Origin: Takakia lepidozioides
Lineage: Eukaryota; Plantae; Bryophyta
Direction of reading: 5' to 3'
DNA length: 64,000 nt
Assembly: GCA_030704615.1 (NCBI GenBank)
Contig: CM060732.1
Span: forward strand, 53,258,001 to 53,322,000
Shown: in pieces, positions 62,705-64,000 of the stretch
How the letters are laid out: each line of letters starts with the position of its first letter
How positions within the stretch are numbered: position 1 is the stretch's first letter
Program-made: the position numbers and the translations under genes
Notes under the pieces: generated by a model
The model's input: the letters and a program-made list of their open reading frames with translations, nothing else
The model's database searches: none
What the model was told of the DNA's origin: nothing

Positions 62705-63454
62705 ATGGCTGGGGGAAATGAGGACGTAATTGAAGGGCAGGTCTCTTCTCTTAGTCTGTGCACACAAGGGGTCAGGATTTATGTTTCCCAAGGAACTCAG
62801 ACTGATTTGAGTGGAGAACAGTTGGACGAGTTGATTGCATACTGGGAGTCAGGCATTAGCAGTAGACAACAGACTGCTGTAGTTGGCATTGAGGGCCTCA
62901 ATATCGCCTTGGACAGTCAGAACTCTGTTGGAGCCAGCAGTTCTGCAGCTGTAGGTGAAATACCAAAGTGGGTGAAAGCTAGGCTTGGAACACAGCCAAA
63001 GACAGCCCCGGGGACCAAGGTGTTTAGCCACAAGGCCGTGGTGTACTGGAGCAGAGGAGCAGGAGCTACACAGGTTTGTGCAATCAGACATGGTTGCAGC
63101 CGGATACGCTCTGCACAGGGCAACCACGAGCGGGGGTTCATCAGCAATGACATGTTTGTTGTGCGTGAAGGAGATGCAGTCATTCGCAATGAGGACACCC
63201 GCAACCGTCTCAAAGCTTTCGAGTTGAGAGACTATCAGACCCTACCTTTGTTTTCTTTAGTGTTCAGTGAGCGGGAGATAGGGGAGTATTGCTTTGTCTC
63301 TACCTGGCAGAAAGAGGAGGAGGGTTGGTTAGAGCGAGCTACTGTAGCTTGGGACAAGGTTAGTGGCAGGTTTTTGGACATAGATATACCTCCTACACCT
63401 TACCATCATGCAGAGCGAGGCACTTTGAGAGAAGTCTGGCAGTTGATAGCATAG
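62705..63454 (+). CDS. Intact 249-aa ORF of unknown function, probably TE-associated
   Basis: ATG in good context (gcATGG), no stops, globular-looking C-terminal half, TATA-like ctatatga at ~62669. No recognised motif. Confidence 0.4.
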   Translation: MAGGNEDVIEGQVSSLSLCTQGVRIYVSQGTQTDLSGEQLDELIAYWESGISSRQQTAVVGIEGLNIALDSQNSVGASSSAAVGEIPKWVKARLGTQPKTAPGTKVFSHKAVVYWSRGAGATQVCAIRHGCSRIRSAQGNHERGFISNDMFVVREGDAVIRNEDTRNRLKAFELRDYQTLPLFSLVFSEREIGEYCFVSTWQKEEEGWLERATVAWDKVSGRFLDIDIPPTPYHHAERGTLREVWQLIA

Positions 63455-64000
63455 ATCAGGATTAGATCTTGCTTGGTCGGGCTTCTATTCTTCCCCTCCA
63501 TCTCTGTACTATTTTCATTACCTTGTACTTGTAGTTGCCAAAGCCTCTCTTGGTGGAGGCCAGTCAGTCCGGGGTTTTGGGCTGGGATATTCTGCAGGAT
63601 CAGCATTGCAGCTGGATTTTGGTGTGGGGGTGTTGATGTTTTGATTTCTTGTGTTTGGATCCCCCCCAACACCTGCATGCTTGACTGTGCGCCATGTTGG
63701 TTTGTGTGGGCGCTTGCTTTCATAGGGATTAGGCCGGATTTGATCACCGGTCAATCCTAGAGTATGCTGTCGGTGGTGAGGCTGGAGTGATGACCAGCAA
63801 GACCACCAGTGTTTCTTCTATGGTGAGGCTGGGTTGATGACCAGCCAACCATAGGAGTTCTTGAGGTGGATGCAGGTGCAGGTGCCCTGAGCCATTGGGA
63901 TATGACCCTTAAACTGCAACAGGTGCCCACCCGTGTCACTATTAGATTAGTACTAGAGCCTTATAGTGTCACGTGGAGGAGGTGCACATTGTGAGTGTCA

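Overview
This is eukaryotic nuclear DNA from a land plant, most likely a non-seed plant such as a bryophyte or lycophyte (inferred from a Tcn1/Tf1-type chromovirus and many PLS/DYW-PPR relics; not proven). A gene-rich core (~16-42 kb) holds five apparently intact genes: a type I metacaspase (5 exons), a tetraspanin (2 exons), a KAB1-like aldo-keto reductase (5 exons), a U1-type Zn-finger protein (2 exons) and a CML17/18-like calmodulin. It also holds a candidate small secreted-peptide precursor. The flanks are transposon-rich: a complete but decayed 6.45-kb chromodomain Ty3/gypsy element with TSD, a Mutator-like transposase relic with matching MITEs, hAT, foldback and mariner-like MITEs, L1 fragments, two arrays of palindromic repeats and PPR debris. 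The most notable signals are: (i) a second, unrelated LTR-like repeat built from covarying hairpins, followed by a 17-nt perfect self-complementary 'PBS' and a mosaic of captured gene fragments (MDAR, RbgA); (ii) an extra TATA-preceded ORF between the chromodomain and the 3' LTR of the self-priming chromovirus; (iii) an At4g13970-type SWIM/MULE protein that still sits in a transposon with 9-bp-TSD MITE relatives; (iv) a CLE/IDA/PIP-like peptide precursor convergent with the metacaspase. All homology calls come from motif recognition by eye; no searches were run.
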